Positions 25,605 to 35,326 of a DNA stretch of 56,491 nt are shown here, piece after piece. Source of the DNA: Eubacteriales bacterium (GTDB taxonomy: Bacteria; Bacillota; Clostridia; Oscillospirales; CAG-272); the NCBI GenBank assembly GCA_045588715.1, contig JAZNEQ010000151.1, forward strand, positions 1 through 56,491, written 5' to 3'. The position numbers were made by a program, and so were the translations under genes. The notes beneath the pieces were generated by a model. It was not told the DNA's origin, searched no databases, and saw only the letters and a program-made list of their open reading frames with translations. Position 1 is the stretch's first letter, and the number at the start of each line of letters is the position of its first letter.

Positions 25605-26958
25605 CGTAGAGGTCCGTGCAGACGGACAAAAGTACGCACTGTGCGAAATTGCCAAGGGAGAGGACGTCATCAAGTACGGTTTTCCCATTGGCGCTGCCAC
25701 ACAAAATATTGCCGCGGGGGAGCGCGTCTCTCCCGGCAATCTCCGCTCTAAAATTTCCGGGCTTGGAGAGTGGACCTATGATCCGTTGCCGACCTCGCCT
25801 ATTGGAATCAAAGACGGTGAATTTATGGGCTATCTCCGCGAAAACGGTGACGTGGGAATTCGAAATGATCTTTGGATCGTTCCCACGGTAGGGTGCATCA
25901 ATGACGTGGCACGCACGCTTGCCGAGCGTTCCTCGGCGCGGGCGCTCTTGCATCCCTACGGGTGCTCACAGCTTGGCGGTGACCTTTTGACCACGCAAAA
26001 GCTTCTTTGCGGCTTGATCAAGCATCCCAATGCGGGCGGTGTGCTCGTTCTGGCGCTTGGATGTGAAAACAACCGTCTGGAGGATATGAAGAAAATGTTG
26101 GGCTCCTACAATAAGGAGCGTATACGCTTTCTTTCTTTGCAGAACTGCGAGGATGAGATGATGGAAGGGGAGCGGATCCTGACAGAGCTGAAGTCGCTTA
26201 TGGCAAAGGACGTTCGCGTTTCCGTTCCGCTTTCTCGACTTCGTATTGCGGTCAAATGCGGGGGAAGTGACGGATATAGCGGAATTACCGCAAATCCCCT
26301 GGTAGGGCGTGCGATGGAGATGCTGGGAGAATACGGCGGTACGGCATTGATGACCGAGCTCCCGGAGGCGTTCGGTGCCGAACAGCTTTTGCTTTCCCGC
26401 GCATGTGACAAGGGGGTATTTGATGCATCGGTGGACATGATCCGTGCTTTTCGTGCCTATTTTATTTCACATGGGGAAGGAATTGCCGACAATCCCTCTC
26501 CCGGGAACATTGAAGGGGGAATTAGCACGTTAGAGGAAAAATCGCTTGGTTGTGTTCAAAAGGCAGGCAAGCTTCCTTTGTGCGGTGCTTTGGGTTTTGG
26601 CGAAACGCCTGCCAAGGACGGCGGACTTTATCTGGTCAACGGTCCCGGAAACGATATGGTGGCTGTGACGAATCTTGCTGCATCGGGAGCGCATCTGATC
26701 CTGTTTACCACCGGACGGGGAACACCTCTTTCTTCTGTGATCCCCACCCTGAAGATCTCTACCAATACCCCTCTTGCAAAGAAAAAGGGACATTGGATCG
26801 ATTTTGATGCGGGTGTTTTGCTGGATGGCGCGGATATGGACGCATTGGCAAGGGATCTGCTTGCGCTTTGTGTGGAAGTTGCAAACGGTCAAAGCACACT
26901 CAGTGAGAAAAGAGGATTTGGTGAGATCGCAATATTTAAGGACGGAGTGACACTTTAA
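25582..26958 (+). CDS. uxaA: Altronate dehydratase
   Basis: ATG at 25582 after AAGGAGG plus 9 nt (the listed TTG at 25573 is also possible). UxaA motifs are GIRNDLWIVPTVGCIN, GCENN, CGGSDGYSGITANP, ENPSPGN.EGGISTLEEKSLGC and FKDGVTL at the C-terminus. Confidence 0.88.
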   Translation: MRIHPSDNVEVRADGQKYALCEIAKGEDVIKYGFPIGAATQNIAAGERVSPGNLRSKISGLGEWTYDPLPTSPIGIKDGEFMGYLRENGDVGIRNDLWIVPTVGCINDVARTLAERSSARALLHPYGCSQLGGDLLTTQKLLCGLIKHPNAGGVLVLALGCENNRLEDMKKMLGSYNKERIRFLSLQNCEDEMMEGERILTELKSLMAKDVRVSVPLSRLRIAVKCGGSDGYSGITANPLVGRAMEMLGEYGGTALMTELPEAFGAEQLLLSRACDKGVFDASVDMIRAFRAYFISHGEGIADNPSPGNIEGGISTLEEKSLGCVQKAGKLPLCGALGFGETPAKDGGLYLVNGPGNDMVAVTNLAASGAHLILFTTGRGTPLSSVIPTLKISTNTPLAKKKGHWIDFDAGVLLDGADMDALARDLLALCVEVANGQSTLSEKRGFGEIAIFKDGVTL

Positions 26959-27051
26959 GTAAACGGTAAAGGACACTATGCACCTTATTTGGCTTTGATC
27001 TCAATCCAACAGTGTACCTCAACGGTGGAACAAAAATAAGGAAAAGAAATT

Positions 27052-28110
27052 ATGGACAATACAAATTTAAAAAACGCTTACGAGTACGCAGAGGAGCCTC
27101 TGCACAAAAATCTCATTCATGCAATGAAGCCCTATCTTTCCTTTGATCCCCAAAAGGACTATGCAGTATGGAAAAAAGAGCTTTACGCAAAGTTTATAGA
27201 GCTTTCGGGATTGGATCTGATCGAGGCGGAAGAGCCGTGCGATCCCAAGCTTGAAATTGAGTATACCGAGGAAAATGACGGATATACCGAAACGCGATTT
27301 ACCTTCCAGAGTGAAGAGGGATATCGCGTTCCGTGCTTCCTTTTGATCCCCAACGGTAATCGGGAAAAATATCCCGTGGCAATTACCTTACAAGGACATT
27401 CTACGGGCTTTCATAATTCCGTAGGTCAGATCAAATATGCTCGCGATCCCGCTTATCATCCCCGTGGACAGTTTGGGGTGCAGTCGGTCAAGCGCGGCTT
27501 TGCAACGCTTTGCATCGAACAGCGAGGAATGGGCGAGCGCCGTCCCCGTGCCACGGAGGAGGAATGCTATCAATCCTGTACCTACACGGCAATGCAAGCG
27601 CTTCAGATTGGGCGCACGATCCTCGCGGAACGCGTTTGGGATGTGCATAAGGCGATCGATCTTTTGGCATCGGCTTTCCCCGTGTGTGACACGGAAAAGG
27701 TTTTGATTACGGGAAACTCGGGAGGGGGGACCGCTTCCTTCTATGCTGCATGCTATGACAAACGAATCAAGCTTTGCGCTCCCAGCTGTTCTTTTTGTCC
27801 GTACAGCCCTTCCATTCTTGATATGTACCACTGTACCTGTAACTATATTCCCTCTGCATACCGTTACTTTGATATGCAGGATCTTGCCGCGCTTATCGCC
27901 CCCAGAAACCTGTCGGTGATTGCCGGTGTCAAGGATAATATTTTCCCCATTGAAGGTGTAAGGAAGGGATATGAAACCGTAAAGAAATTCTATAAAATCG
28001 AAGACGTAGAGGATGCCTGTTCCTTGACGGTAACTCCAAGAGAGCATTGGTGGTGTGAAGATATCGTATGGGGTGAAATTTTGCGTGTGACCGAAAAGCT
28101 TGGCTGGTAA
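27052..28110 (+). CDS. Alpha/beta-hydrolase esterase (acetyl-esterase/dienelactone-hydrolase-like)
   Basis: 352 aa with nucleophile elbow GNSGGG. It is embedded between uxaA and uxaC. Confidence 0.6.
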   Translation: MDNTNLKNAYEYAEEPLHKNLIHAMKPYLSFDPQKDYAVWKKELYAKFIELSGLDLIEAEEPCDPKLEIEYTEENDGYTETRFTFQSEEGYRVPCFLLIPNGNREKYPVAITLQGHSTGFHNSVGQIKYARDPAYHPRGQFGVQSVKRGFATLCIEQRGMGERRPRATEEECYQSCTYTAMQALQIGRTILAERVWDVHKAIDLLASAFPVCDTEKVLITGNSGGGTASFYAACYDKRIKLCAPSCSFCPYSPSILDMYHCTCNYIPSAYRYFDMQDLAALIAPRNLSVIAGVKDNIFPIEGVRKGYETVKKFYKIEDVEDACSLTVTPREHWWCEDIVWGEILRVTEKLGW

Positions 28111-28120
28111 AGGAGATAAA

Positions 28121-29515
28121 ATGAGTTATATCAACGACGATTTTTTGCTTAAGAATGAAACGGCAAAAAAGCTTTACTATTCTTACGCTAAAGAAATGCC
28201 TATTTTTGATTACCACTGCCATTTGCCCGAAAAGCAAATTCTTGAAAACCGTCCTTTTTCGGACGTTTTCGAAATTTGGCTGGCGGGAGATCATTACAAG
28301 TGGAGACTCATGCGCAACTACGGTGTGGATGAAGAATACATTACGGGGGAGCGCTCCAATAAAGAAAAGTTCGTTGCGTACTGTCGGGCACTATCCACGG
28401 CTTTTGGAAACCCGCTGTATCATTGGTCTCAGGTGGAGCTGAGAGAGTTTTTTGGTTGCGAAAAGGAGATCAATGAGGAAAACGCAGAGGATATCTGGGA
28501 GGAGTGCAACGCGTATATCCGTGAGCACAACGTAACTCCGCAAATGCTTATCGAAGCCTCGGGCGTGCGCCATCTTTACACGACCAACGAGGTGTTTGAC
28601 GATTTGAGCATTTTTGAACGTATTCAAGAGAAGGGGTACCGTTTTACTGTCAGCCCCGCGTTCCGTGCGGACAAGATCATGAATATTGATGCTCCCGCAT
28701 ACCGTGAATATCTTTCAAAGCTGGAGGCATTGACCCATCCCATAAACAACATGAATGCCTTGGAAAGAGCTTTGGAGGCGCGGTTGTGCAAATTTTTGCA
28801 CGTGGGAGCGCGTGCAAGTGACATCGCTCTTGAGCGTGTGCTTCCCGTTACGACTCCGGCAGCGGCAGAAAAGGTTCTTCTTGGGGTTCTTTCCGGCAAG
28901 CTTCCCGATGCCGAGGAGACCGAATGCTTCAAGGGATACCTTACCTACTTCCTTATGAAGCTGTATGCCAAATACAACGTGGCTACCGAGCTTCACGTGG
29001 GGGCGATGCGAAACAACAATTCGCGTATGCTTGCGCGCCTTGGCTTGGACACCGGTTTTGACAGTATCTCAGATACCAATAGCATCACGATGATGTCGCG
29101 TCTCTTTGACCGTCTTGATAGTGAAGCCGCAATGCCCAGAACGATCGTGTTTAACCTCAATCCCAAAATGAACACCGAGATCATGACGTTAATCGGATGC
29201 TTCCAGGGGAGCGAGGTACGCGGAAAGCTCCAGTACGGTCCTGCATGGTGGTTCCTCGACAACAAAGTTGGTATGGAACAACATCTGCGTGACTTGACCG
29301 CAACGGGGCATATCGGAGCTTTTGTCGGTATGCTGACAGACAGCCGTTCCTTCCTTTCTTATCCGAGACATCATTATTTCCGTCGCATTCTTTGCTCCTA
29401 TTTTGGAGAGATGATGGAAGCGGGAGAAATGACGCAGGATCTTGCAAAAGTCGGCGCGGTAGTTCGAGATATTGCTTATTATAATTCAGTAAACTATTTT
29501 AAAATGAAAGTGTAA
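28121..29515 (+). CDS. uxaC: Glucuronate isomerase
   Basis: ATG at 28121 (GGAG plus 5 nt). The N-terminus MSYINDDFLLKNETAKKLYY..MPIFDYHCHL is typical of UxaC, as are GDHYKWR and NPLYHW. Confidence 0.9.
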   Translation: MSYINDDFLLKNETAKKLYYSYAKEMPIFDYHCHLPEKQILENRPFSDVFEIWLAGDHYKWRLMRNYGVDEEYITGERSNKEKFVAYCRALSTAFGNPLYHWSQVELREFFGCEKEINEENAEDIWEECNAYIREHNVTPQMLIEASGVRHLYTTNEVFDDLSIFERIQEKGYRFTVSPAFRADKIMNIDAPAYREYLSKLEALTHPINNMNALERALEARLCKFLHVGARASDIALERVLPVTTPAAAEKVLLGVLSGKLPDAEETECFKGYLTYFLMKLYAKYNVATELHVGAMRNNNSRMLARLGLDTGFDSISDTNSITMMSRLFDRLDSEAAMPRTIVFNLNPKMNTEIMTLIGCFQGSEVRGKLQYGPAWWFLDNKVGMEQHLRDLTATGHIGAFVGMLTDSRSFLSYPRHHYFRRILCSYFGEMMEAGEMTQDLAKVGAVVRDIAYYNSVNYFKMKV

Positions 29516-29528
29516 AGGAGAAAAAACC

Positions 29529-30299
29529 TTGAAAATCGGATCATGCATCAATTATGCAAAGGCTTTGAATGATTTTCCCAAAAATGCGGATTTTGTTGAG
29601 ATCGCAGGTTGGGATTTTATTGACATCGAAAAAGAGAAGCTTGATCAAATGAAAAAGGCAGTGGAAGAGGGATATTTTAAAACCTACAGCGCCAACGGAC
29701 TTTTCCCGCAAACGCTCCGCTTGACTGGGGACGTGGATTGGACTGCGGTTCGCAATTACTGTGATAAAATGTTTTATCGTTTGGCTGAATTAAAGGTATC
29801 TATGATCGTATTCGGCTCCGGGAAAGCCAAACACGTTCCTGAAGGATTTTCTCGGGAAAAGGCTTGGGAGCAACTTTACGAGCTTGGGAATTTGATGGCA
29901 GATATCGCAAAGCCCTTGGGACAGACAGTGGTTGTAGAGCCCTTGCGTTATCAAGAGGTCAATATTGTCAATACCTATGCAGAAGGAGCGGATTACTGTC
30001 GTAAGGTAAACCGAGATAATTTCAAGCTTCTCGTTGACTTTTATCATTTTGATGCCAACGGGGAAGATTTTGCAACGATCGAAGCCGATAAGGATCTTTT
30101 GTACCACACCCATATCGCAACTCAGAGTAACCGTACCCGTCCTACTAACGAGCAGGAGTGGGCGTTCTTTGCGGATTGCATTCAAAAGCTTAAGAGCATT
30201 GGCTACGATAAGGGGCTTAGCTTTGAAGGTGGCGAACATGACATTGCTGATTTTGACGCAATGCTTCACCGCATGAAGGAAATTTACAACGCACTCTAA
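29529..30299 (+). CDS. Sugar phosphate isomerase/epimerase (xylose-isomerase-like TIM barrel)
   Basis: TTG start after AAAGGAG. The 256-aa product shows the family pattern VVEPL..E.N...T, DFYH and an FEG tail. Confidence 0.6.
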   Translation: MKIGSCINYAKALNDFPKNADFVEIAGWDFIDIEKEKLDQMKKAVEEGYFKTYSANGLFPQTLRLTGDVDWTAVRNYCDKMFYRLAELKVSMIVFGSGKAKHVPEGFSREKAWEQLYELGNLMADIAKPLGQTVVVEPLRYQEVNIVNTYAEGADYCRKVNRDNFKLLVDFYHFDANGEDFATIEADKDLLYHTHIATQSNRTRPTNEQEWAFFADCIQKLKSIGYDKGLSFEGGEHDIADFDAMLHRMKEIYNAL

Positions 30300-30319
30300 A
30301 GTCTTTATATCTATCCGAA

Positions 30320-30366
30320 AAACGCGAACGTTCGATACTTTTGTGTTGAACGTTCGCATTTTTTTA
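30320..30366 (+). terminator. Terminator of the uxa operon
   Basis: GCGAACGTTC (30324-30333) pairs with GAACGTTCGC (30348-30357), followed by T7. Confidence 0.7.
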
Positions 30367-30369
30367 CAG

Positions 30370-30416
30370 AAAAAGCGCGGCACACTTTGAAATTCGAAGC
30401 GTGCCGCGCCTTTTTT
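30370..30416. terminator. Hairpin terminator serving the convergent substrate-binding-protein gene
   Basis: GCGCGGCAC (30375-30383) pairs with GTGCCGCGC (30401-30409), flanked by A5 and T6. Confidence 0.7.
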
Positions 30417-30431
30417 GTTTATACTTTTAAT

Positions 30432-32540
30432 TTACTTTCCGATCTTATCCCACTGAATTGTAGGGAAGGTTGCGAAGATGGAGATCTTCTCTCCCTCTTC
30501 GTTTTCGTAGGTATAGTCGTTATAATCCTTAAGGTCGGTCTTTGCGAAGTTGAAGGGAGTATAGAAGCCTTCTGCCACATCCTTCAGCTGGCTCGAAGTA
30601 AGGGTCGCATCCTTGTTAAATACCAAGGGGATTACGGGAAGGTCGTTCATAAGAACCTTTTCGGCTTCCTTCAAGAGCTGTGCCTTCTGTGCTGCCCACT
30701 TGGAGGAATCCTTGGTGGGCTCAATTCCATATCTGTTGTAAACGGCATTTACAGCATTGTAAACCGCTTGGAAGTCCGCCTTCGACTTGTAAATACCAAG
30801 GAAGGAGTGGCTGTTTTCGTTAAGGCTTGCAAAATAGGGAACGTAGTAAACAGCCTCAATGATGTTGTTATAGGTCTCGCTGTCGTAACCTGTGCGATGA
30901 GGAACGAGTGCATAGTCATCGGAATCCATATCAATGGGCATACCGGAGAAGGCTTTTGCATAGCATGCAAGCATTCCGTAAGCATCGGCAGAGAAGGAGA
31001 CCGCATCGGCAATGATCACCTCATAGTCGTTTCTCTGAATTGCTTCGGTGAACTGATCGTCACAAATATCCTCGGAAACGGCACCGGTCAGCTTCAAAAC
31101 GTCGTTGTTCTGAATGGAGGTTACTTCGTTAAGGGTTACTTTAAATCCAAGGGCACACCATGCATCCTTTACTGCGTTTGCTACGGCAACGTTTGCCTTA
31201 TCGTACTTTGCAACGGTGATGGAGAAGCTATACTTGGAGGTGTCGATACCCTTGAGAAGCTCCTGAGCCTTGGCTGTGTTCTTTTTGGTGGCAAGAATTG
31301 CGTCGGTTTCATCGCGGAATTCGGGAGACTTCTTCTTCTTGTAGGTAGAGATAACGCCGTTGGGAACAAGTCCTGTTGCCGCCTCTGCGTATACCAGCAT
31401 AGAAGCCAGTGCCTCGCGGTCAATTGCCTCGGAGAGAGCCTCGCGTACCTTTTGGTTTTTGAAGAGTTTTTCACCGTCGGCGCCGTTGTTGATCAGCGCG
31501 TTTTGGTTGAGATAAAGAACCAACGTGGAGAGAGAATCACGGGTCGTAACGTTTGCAAGATCTCCCTTGTAGGTATCATTCGTTCTGAGGGCGTAGGGAA
31601 TATCACCGATATAGAAGAGCTTGCCTGCTTTATAGTCCTCCATCAGTTCGGACTCGGTCTTGGTGCAGTCCACCAGAATCCTGTAGCTCTTGACAGATTT
31701 TTTCAAGCTGTCGCGTGCATCGTCTCTCTGATAGTAGCGGTTGCGCTCAAGGATAAAAGAGCTGATTTTTTTCTCGTAAGCACCCTTGGCGGTGGTAGAG
31801 GTCAAATTGCCCTTTTCATCAAACGCATACTTATCCTTGGTGTCAAACTTGGTGCCGTCGGTAGTTCTTTCATAAACGGTTTTTCCAAGCTTGAACGCAC
31901 CGCTGGTACGGATGGTAGCGCTCTTCTTTGCCCAGTCGGCATCCTTTGATACCATACTTTCCGAGAGCGGTGCTGTGACAATGTTGGTCAAATTCAGGAA
32001 AAACTGATCGTAATCAGCGGGACCCTCAAAGGTGATCTTGAGAAGATTGTTTTTTACTGCTTCCAGTCCCAGGTCGTCAATACTGATATCGCCCTGCTTT
32101 ACCGCACGCGCGTTTTTAATGTCGAAGAGAAGCGCAGCTGCCTCGTAATTCGAGTTGACGTTCAAAAGACGCTTCCAAGCAAAAATAACGTCGTCAGCGG
32201 TAATGGGGGATCCGTCACTCCAATAGGCTTCTTTGAGTGTGAGCTCCACTCCGTACTCGTTTTCGTCTTTGTTTTCAATTTTTTTGTATTCTTCAACGAG
32301 GGAGGGCTTGATTTCTCCCTTTTCGGTCATCACAAAGAGTGTGTCGTACATCATGCTGACGACGTTGAAGGTGCTACGATTGTAATAAGCGCTGAGTGGA
32401 TCGAAATCATAGATCTCGTCTGTCAGATACATAGTGATGTATGCTCCGAGATCGCCGTCGTCTTCGCTGTCGGAACAGGAAACGAGAACGGGAACCAACA
32501 TCAATACGCACAGCATAAGAGCAAGAATACGTTTTAACAT
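30432..32540 (-). CDS. ABC-transporter substrate-binding lipoprotein, family 5 (peptide/oligosaccharide type), orphan
   Basis: I take the start at 32540 (MLKRILALMLCVLMLVPVLVSC, lipobox LVSC, GGAGG plus 8 nt). The 702-aa product has a family-5 SBP look (LVEEYK.., WSDGSPITADDVIFAW). Confidence 0.7.
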   Translation of the reverse strand: MLKRILALMLCVLMLVPVLVSCSDSEDDGDLGAYITMYLTDEIYDFDPLSAYYNRSTFNVVSMMYDTLFVMTEKGEIKPSLVEEYKKIENKDENEYGVELTLKEAYWSDGSPITADDVIFAWKRLLNVNSNYEAAALLFDIKNARAVKQGDISIDDLGLEAVKNNLLKITFEGPADYDQFFLNLTNIVTAPLSESMVSKDADWAKKSATIRTSGAFKLGKTVYERTTDGTKFDTKDKYAFDEKGNLTSTTAKGAYEKKISSFILERNRYYQRDDARDSLKKSVKSYRILVDCTKTESELMEDYKAGKLFYIGDIPYALRTNDTYKGDLANVTTRDSLSTLVLYLNQNALINNGADGEKLFKNQKVREALSEAIDREALASMLVYAEAATGLVPNGVISTYKKKKSPEFRDETDAILATKKNTAKAQELLKGIDTSKYSFSITVAKYDKANVAVANAVKDAWCALGFKVTLNEVTSIQNNDVLKLTGAVSEDICDDQFTEAIQRNDYEVIIADAVSFSADAYGMLACYAKAFSGMPIDMDSDDYALVPHRTGYDSETYNNIIEAVYYVPYFASLNENSHSFLGIYKSKADFQAVYNAVNAVYNRYGIEPTKDSSKWAAQKAQLLKEAEKVLMNDLPVIPLVFNKDATLTSSQLKDVAEGFYTPFNFAKTDLKDYNDYTYENEEGEKISIFATFPTIQWDKIGK

Positions 32541-32657
32541 GGTGGGAACCTCCTCAAAATAGATATGATCAAGGATCGGGCAGTAATGCACGATTATATA
32601 CTCTATTATTATAACCTATTTTCTATTGGATTTCAATAGATTACCAAATATTTTGAT

Positions 32658-32687
32658 GTATATTTTGTTAATTTTTTTAGCAAAGTA
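32658..32687 (+). promoter_or_regulatory. Possible forespore sigma (F/G-type) promoter for gpr
   Basis: GTATA (32658-32662), an 18-nt spacer, then CAAAGTA (32681-32687). This is only a partial match to GHATR-18-CATxHTA. Confidence 0.25.
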
Positions 32688-32719
32688 GAGACAAAAGGGA
32701 TTAAAAAAGGAGAAAAAAC

Positions 32720-33622
32720 ATGAAAGATTATACCCGAAGCGATCTTGCGTGCGAAAGTATAAGATGTGAGAATGCGCAATCCGTGCAGGGCGCAAATTTT
32801 TCGGAAGAAAAACACGGCGAGATCCGCATTCAGCGCGCACAGATAATGACACAAGAGGCAGCAGAGAGGATCGGGCGCGGAGTGGGGACTTACGTGACCT
32901 TTGAATGCGGGCGGATCGATCGCCTTTCCAATGAGGAAGCAAAAAGCTTGACAGGGCTTTTGGCAAATGAATTGCGCATACTTGGCGAAAGATTGACAGG
33001 GAAGCACACGGACGGTGAGCTTGAGGTTTTTGTAGCGGGACTTGGAAACGAATCCTTGACCGCCGATGCCATAGGTCCCAAAACGGTACGTGGGATCACG
33101 GCGACAAGACATCTTAAGGATCATGAGGGGGCTGTTTATCAAAGTCTTGGGTGTGCATCGCTTTCCGCGCTTTCTCCCGGAGTGCTTGGACAGACCGGTA
33201 TCGAGACGCTGGAAATTCTCCGCGGCACAGTACGGAGCGTACGTCCCGATCTTGTGCTTGTGATCGATGCTTTGGCTGCACGCAGCTGCTCTCGTCTTGC
33301 CTCTACCGTTCAGCTTTCCAGTGAGGGGCTCCTTCCCGGCGCTGGAGTTGGAAATCATCGTTGTGCGATCAACCAACAAAGCCTTGGAGTGCCTGTGATC
33401 GCCATTGGCGTTCCCACCGTCGTCAATTCGGCGACTCTTGTGTACGACGCCTTGCATAAGGCGGGAATCAAGCAGCCCTCCGCGGCGCTGAGGCGCGTTC
33501 TTGAGGAAGGGGAAGCATTTTTCGTTTCTCCGCGGGAATGTGATCTGATCGCACAAAGTGTGGGAGAGCTTCTTTCTGCGACCATCAAGCAAGCGTTTAC
33601 GGCGGCACTTTGTGATATATAA
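32720..33622 (+). CDS. gpr: Germination protease (GPR endopeptidase)
   Basis: The N-terminus reads ..RSDLACES and the motif VAGLGNESLTADAIGPKTV is present. The 300-aa gene is adjacent to spoIIP, as in Bacillus. Confidence 0.85.
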   Translation: MKDYTRSDLACESIRCENAQSVQGANFSEEKHGEIRIQRAQIMTQEAAERIGRGVGTYVTFECGRIDRLSNEEAKSLTGLLANELRILGERLTGKHTDGELEVFVAGLGNESLTADAIGPKTVRGITATRHLKDHEGAVYQSLGCASLSALSPGVLGQTGIETLEILRGTVRSVRPDLVLVIDALAARSCSRLASTVQLSSEGLLPGAGVGNHRCAINQQSLGVPVIAIGVPTVVNSATLVYDALHKAGIKQPSAALRRVLEEGEAFFVSPRECDLIAQSVGELLSATIKQAFTAALCDI

Positions 33623-33684
33623 ATGTCATAACCCTAAAGTCTTTTGCATACGATGATAACAAAAAAGGAAGGGAAGGCAACGGT

Positions 33685-34773
33685 ATGGAAAAATATCCGG
33701 TCAGGCAAAATGATATCAGCACAGGGGAGAGGATCTCTCTGTCGGAATACTATCGAAAAAGAAAGCGCTTTTTTGCTCTGTTTCTCATTTGCGCGGCATT
33801 TCTTGTCGCGGCATTTGCCCTAAGCTCTATTTTCGAAAAAGGCTCAAGCCTCCAAAACGGGACGGCTATGACCGACGGTATTCAAGGATCAAATGTTTCG
33901 ACGGAAAGTACTTTTTTACAAACCGATACGGAGAAAGAGAGCATGCAAACGACCGTATTGACAGAAACAGAACTGAGAGAACCGACAAAGGATCCCATAG
34001 GAGGCACGCCTGTTCTCACGCTGACCCTCCCAACCAAAGGGAGCGGTAATGCCCATATAAATAATGAAAGTATTCAAGTGACAGCCCCAAGAGGATATCT
34101 TGATTGGGATGTTTCTTGCAAGATTGGAAATGAACCGCTTGTCCTGATCCTTCATACGCACACAAGCGAGGGGTATCTTGAGGAAGCACAAGAGTGGATA
34201 CAGGGAGAGGTTGGGGAGGTTACATATACCGAAGATGCTACGCGCAACGTATTGGCTGTGGGGGAGATCCTTTGCGATGTGCTCAATGAAGAAGGAATTC
34301 CCAGCATTCATTGCACGACGGTTCACGATGGCGATGGAAGAATGGGTGCATATGAGCGTGCCGCGGAAAGCGTTCGCTTTTTTCTTTCGCATTACCCCGG
34401 TATTACCTACGTGGTCGATCTGCACCGTGATGCGATCTTGACCTCCGACGGTAAATACGTCCGCGCGATAGCAGGGGCGGAGAATGAGGCGTTGGCGCAA
34501 GTGATGGCGGTGGTGGGAAGCGACGGTAACGGAACGCATCACCCAAATTGGGAAAGAAATCTTGCCATAGCAGAGCAGCTGCGTGCCGCATTGAATGAAA
34601 AGGCAGAAGATCTGTGCAGACCCACCGTTTTACGAAATGCTTCTTACAATCAAGAGCTGGCACCGTATTCTCTGTTGCTTGAGATCGGAACCGGTGGAAA
34701 TTGTATTGAGGAAGCAAAAAGGAGCGCCGCTCTGGTGGGGAGGGCACTTGCAGATCTGATTCGGGGAGCATAA
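33685..34773 (+). CDS. spoIIP: Stage II sporulation protein P
   Basis: It has an N-terminal TM segment, the motif LVLILHTHTSEGY, and the amidase-like context DLHRD. Confidence 0.8.
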   Translation: MEKYPVRQNDISTGERISLSEYYRKRKRFFALFLICAAFLVAAFALSSIFEKGSSLQNGTAMTDGIQGSNVSTESTFLQTDTEKESMQTTVLTETELREPTKDPIGGTPVLTLTLPTKGSGNAHINNESIQVTAPRGYLDWDVSCKIGNEPLVLILHTHTSEGYLEEAQEWIQGEVGEVTYTEDATRNVLAVGEILCDVLNEEGIPSIHCTTVHDGDGRMGAYERAAESVRFFLSHYPGITYVVDLHRDAILTSDGKYVRAIAGAENEALAQVMAVVGSDGNGTHHPNWERNLAIAEQLRAALNEKAEDLCRPTVLRNASYNQELAPYSLLLEIGTGGNCIEEAKRSAALVGRALADLIRGA

Positions 34774-34776
34774 AGG

Positions 34777-34820
34777 AAACGGTGCACCGCGCTTGTCAGC
34801 GCTTTGGTGCACCGTTTCGT
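34777..34820. terminator. Two-tier bidirectional hairpin terminator
   Basis: AAACGGTGCACC (34777-34788) pairs with GGTGCACCGTTT (34806-34817), with an inner GCGCT/AGCGC pairing. Confidence 0.75.
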
Positions 34821-34833
34821 TACGTATGAAAGA

Positions 34834-35154
34834 TCAAAGCTTTCTCAAGGTGAAAAATTCAAGAGCGAGCAGGGCGCTGCCCAGTACAAACCCCAAACCA
34901 AGCCCAAGGTTACCTGCCTCGATGGCGGCGATGAGCCCCACGAGAGAAACCAGAAGAACTGCAACGGAAAACACGCGGTAAATACGGCGTGCCGTGCTTC
35001 CCGCAAGAACTGTGATAAGGGAAACCAAAAAAGCGAGAAGGGTATCAGCATGTCTTTTCCATGCGGGTGCGGGTGCGGCTTCTCCTAAAAGATACGTTCT
35101 GAAAATATCGTTATTGGAATTATTTGCTTTTGAATTATTGTAATATGCGTTCAT
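34834..35154 (-). CDS. Small two-TM membrane protein, unknown function
   Basis: I take the start at 35154 (MNAYYNN.., GGAGG plus 6 nt). The 106-aa product has an Asn-rich N-terminus and two hydrophobic helices. Confidence 0.55.
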   Translation of the reverse strand: MNAYYNNSKANNSNNDIFRTYLLGEAAPAPAWKRHADTLLAFLVSLITVLAGSTARRIYRVFSVAVLLVSLVGLIAAIEAGNLGLGLGFVLGSALLALEFFTLRKL

Positions 35155-35225
35155 TGTACGCCTCCTATGTTCCATTATTGGAATTCTCTTGTGACGACAT
35201 TATAACAGATAATTTTTGATTTGTC

Positions 35226-35270
35226 AATAGTTTTTTTCCAAAAAAAGAAAAATATTTTCGAAAAACTATT
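35226..35270. promoter_or_regulatory. Inverted repeat AATAGTTTTT / AAAAACTATT abutting the -35 of the XRE-S24 gene (candidate operator)
   Basis: The 10-bp arms lie at 35226-35235 and 35261-35270, separated by 25 nt. The right arm overlaps the -35 TTTACA by 2 nt. Confidence 0.35.
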
Positions 35271-35297
35271 TACAATGGAAAATAAGTGTGGTATAAT
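35269..35297 (+). promoter_or_regulatory. Sigma-A type promoter of the XRE-S24/radC pair
   Basis: TTTACA (35269-35274), a 17-nt spacer, then TATAAT (35292-35297). Confidence 0.55.
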
Positions 35298-35326
35298 AAT
35301 GCCGTAATCGGAATTTGGAGGCTGTT

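Noticed and set aside
30387-31949. A 520-aa plus-strand ORF lies opposite the substrate-binding-protein gene.
   Set aside because: It is antisense to a well-supported lipoprotein gene, has no RBS, and gives a repetitive Gly/Val/Leu-rich translation typical of a shadow frame.
32633-33592. A 319-aa minus-strand ORF lies opposite gpr.
   Set aside because: The plus-strand gpr is clear from its motifs and RBS. The antisense frame lacks an RBS and any recognisable motif.
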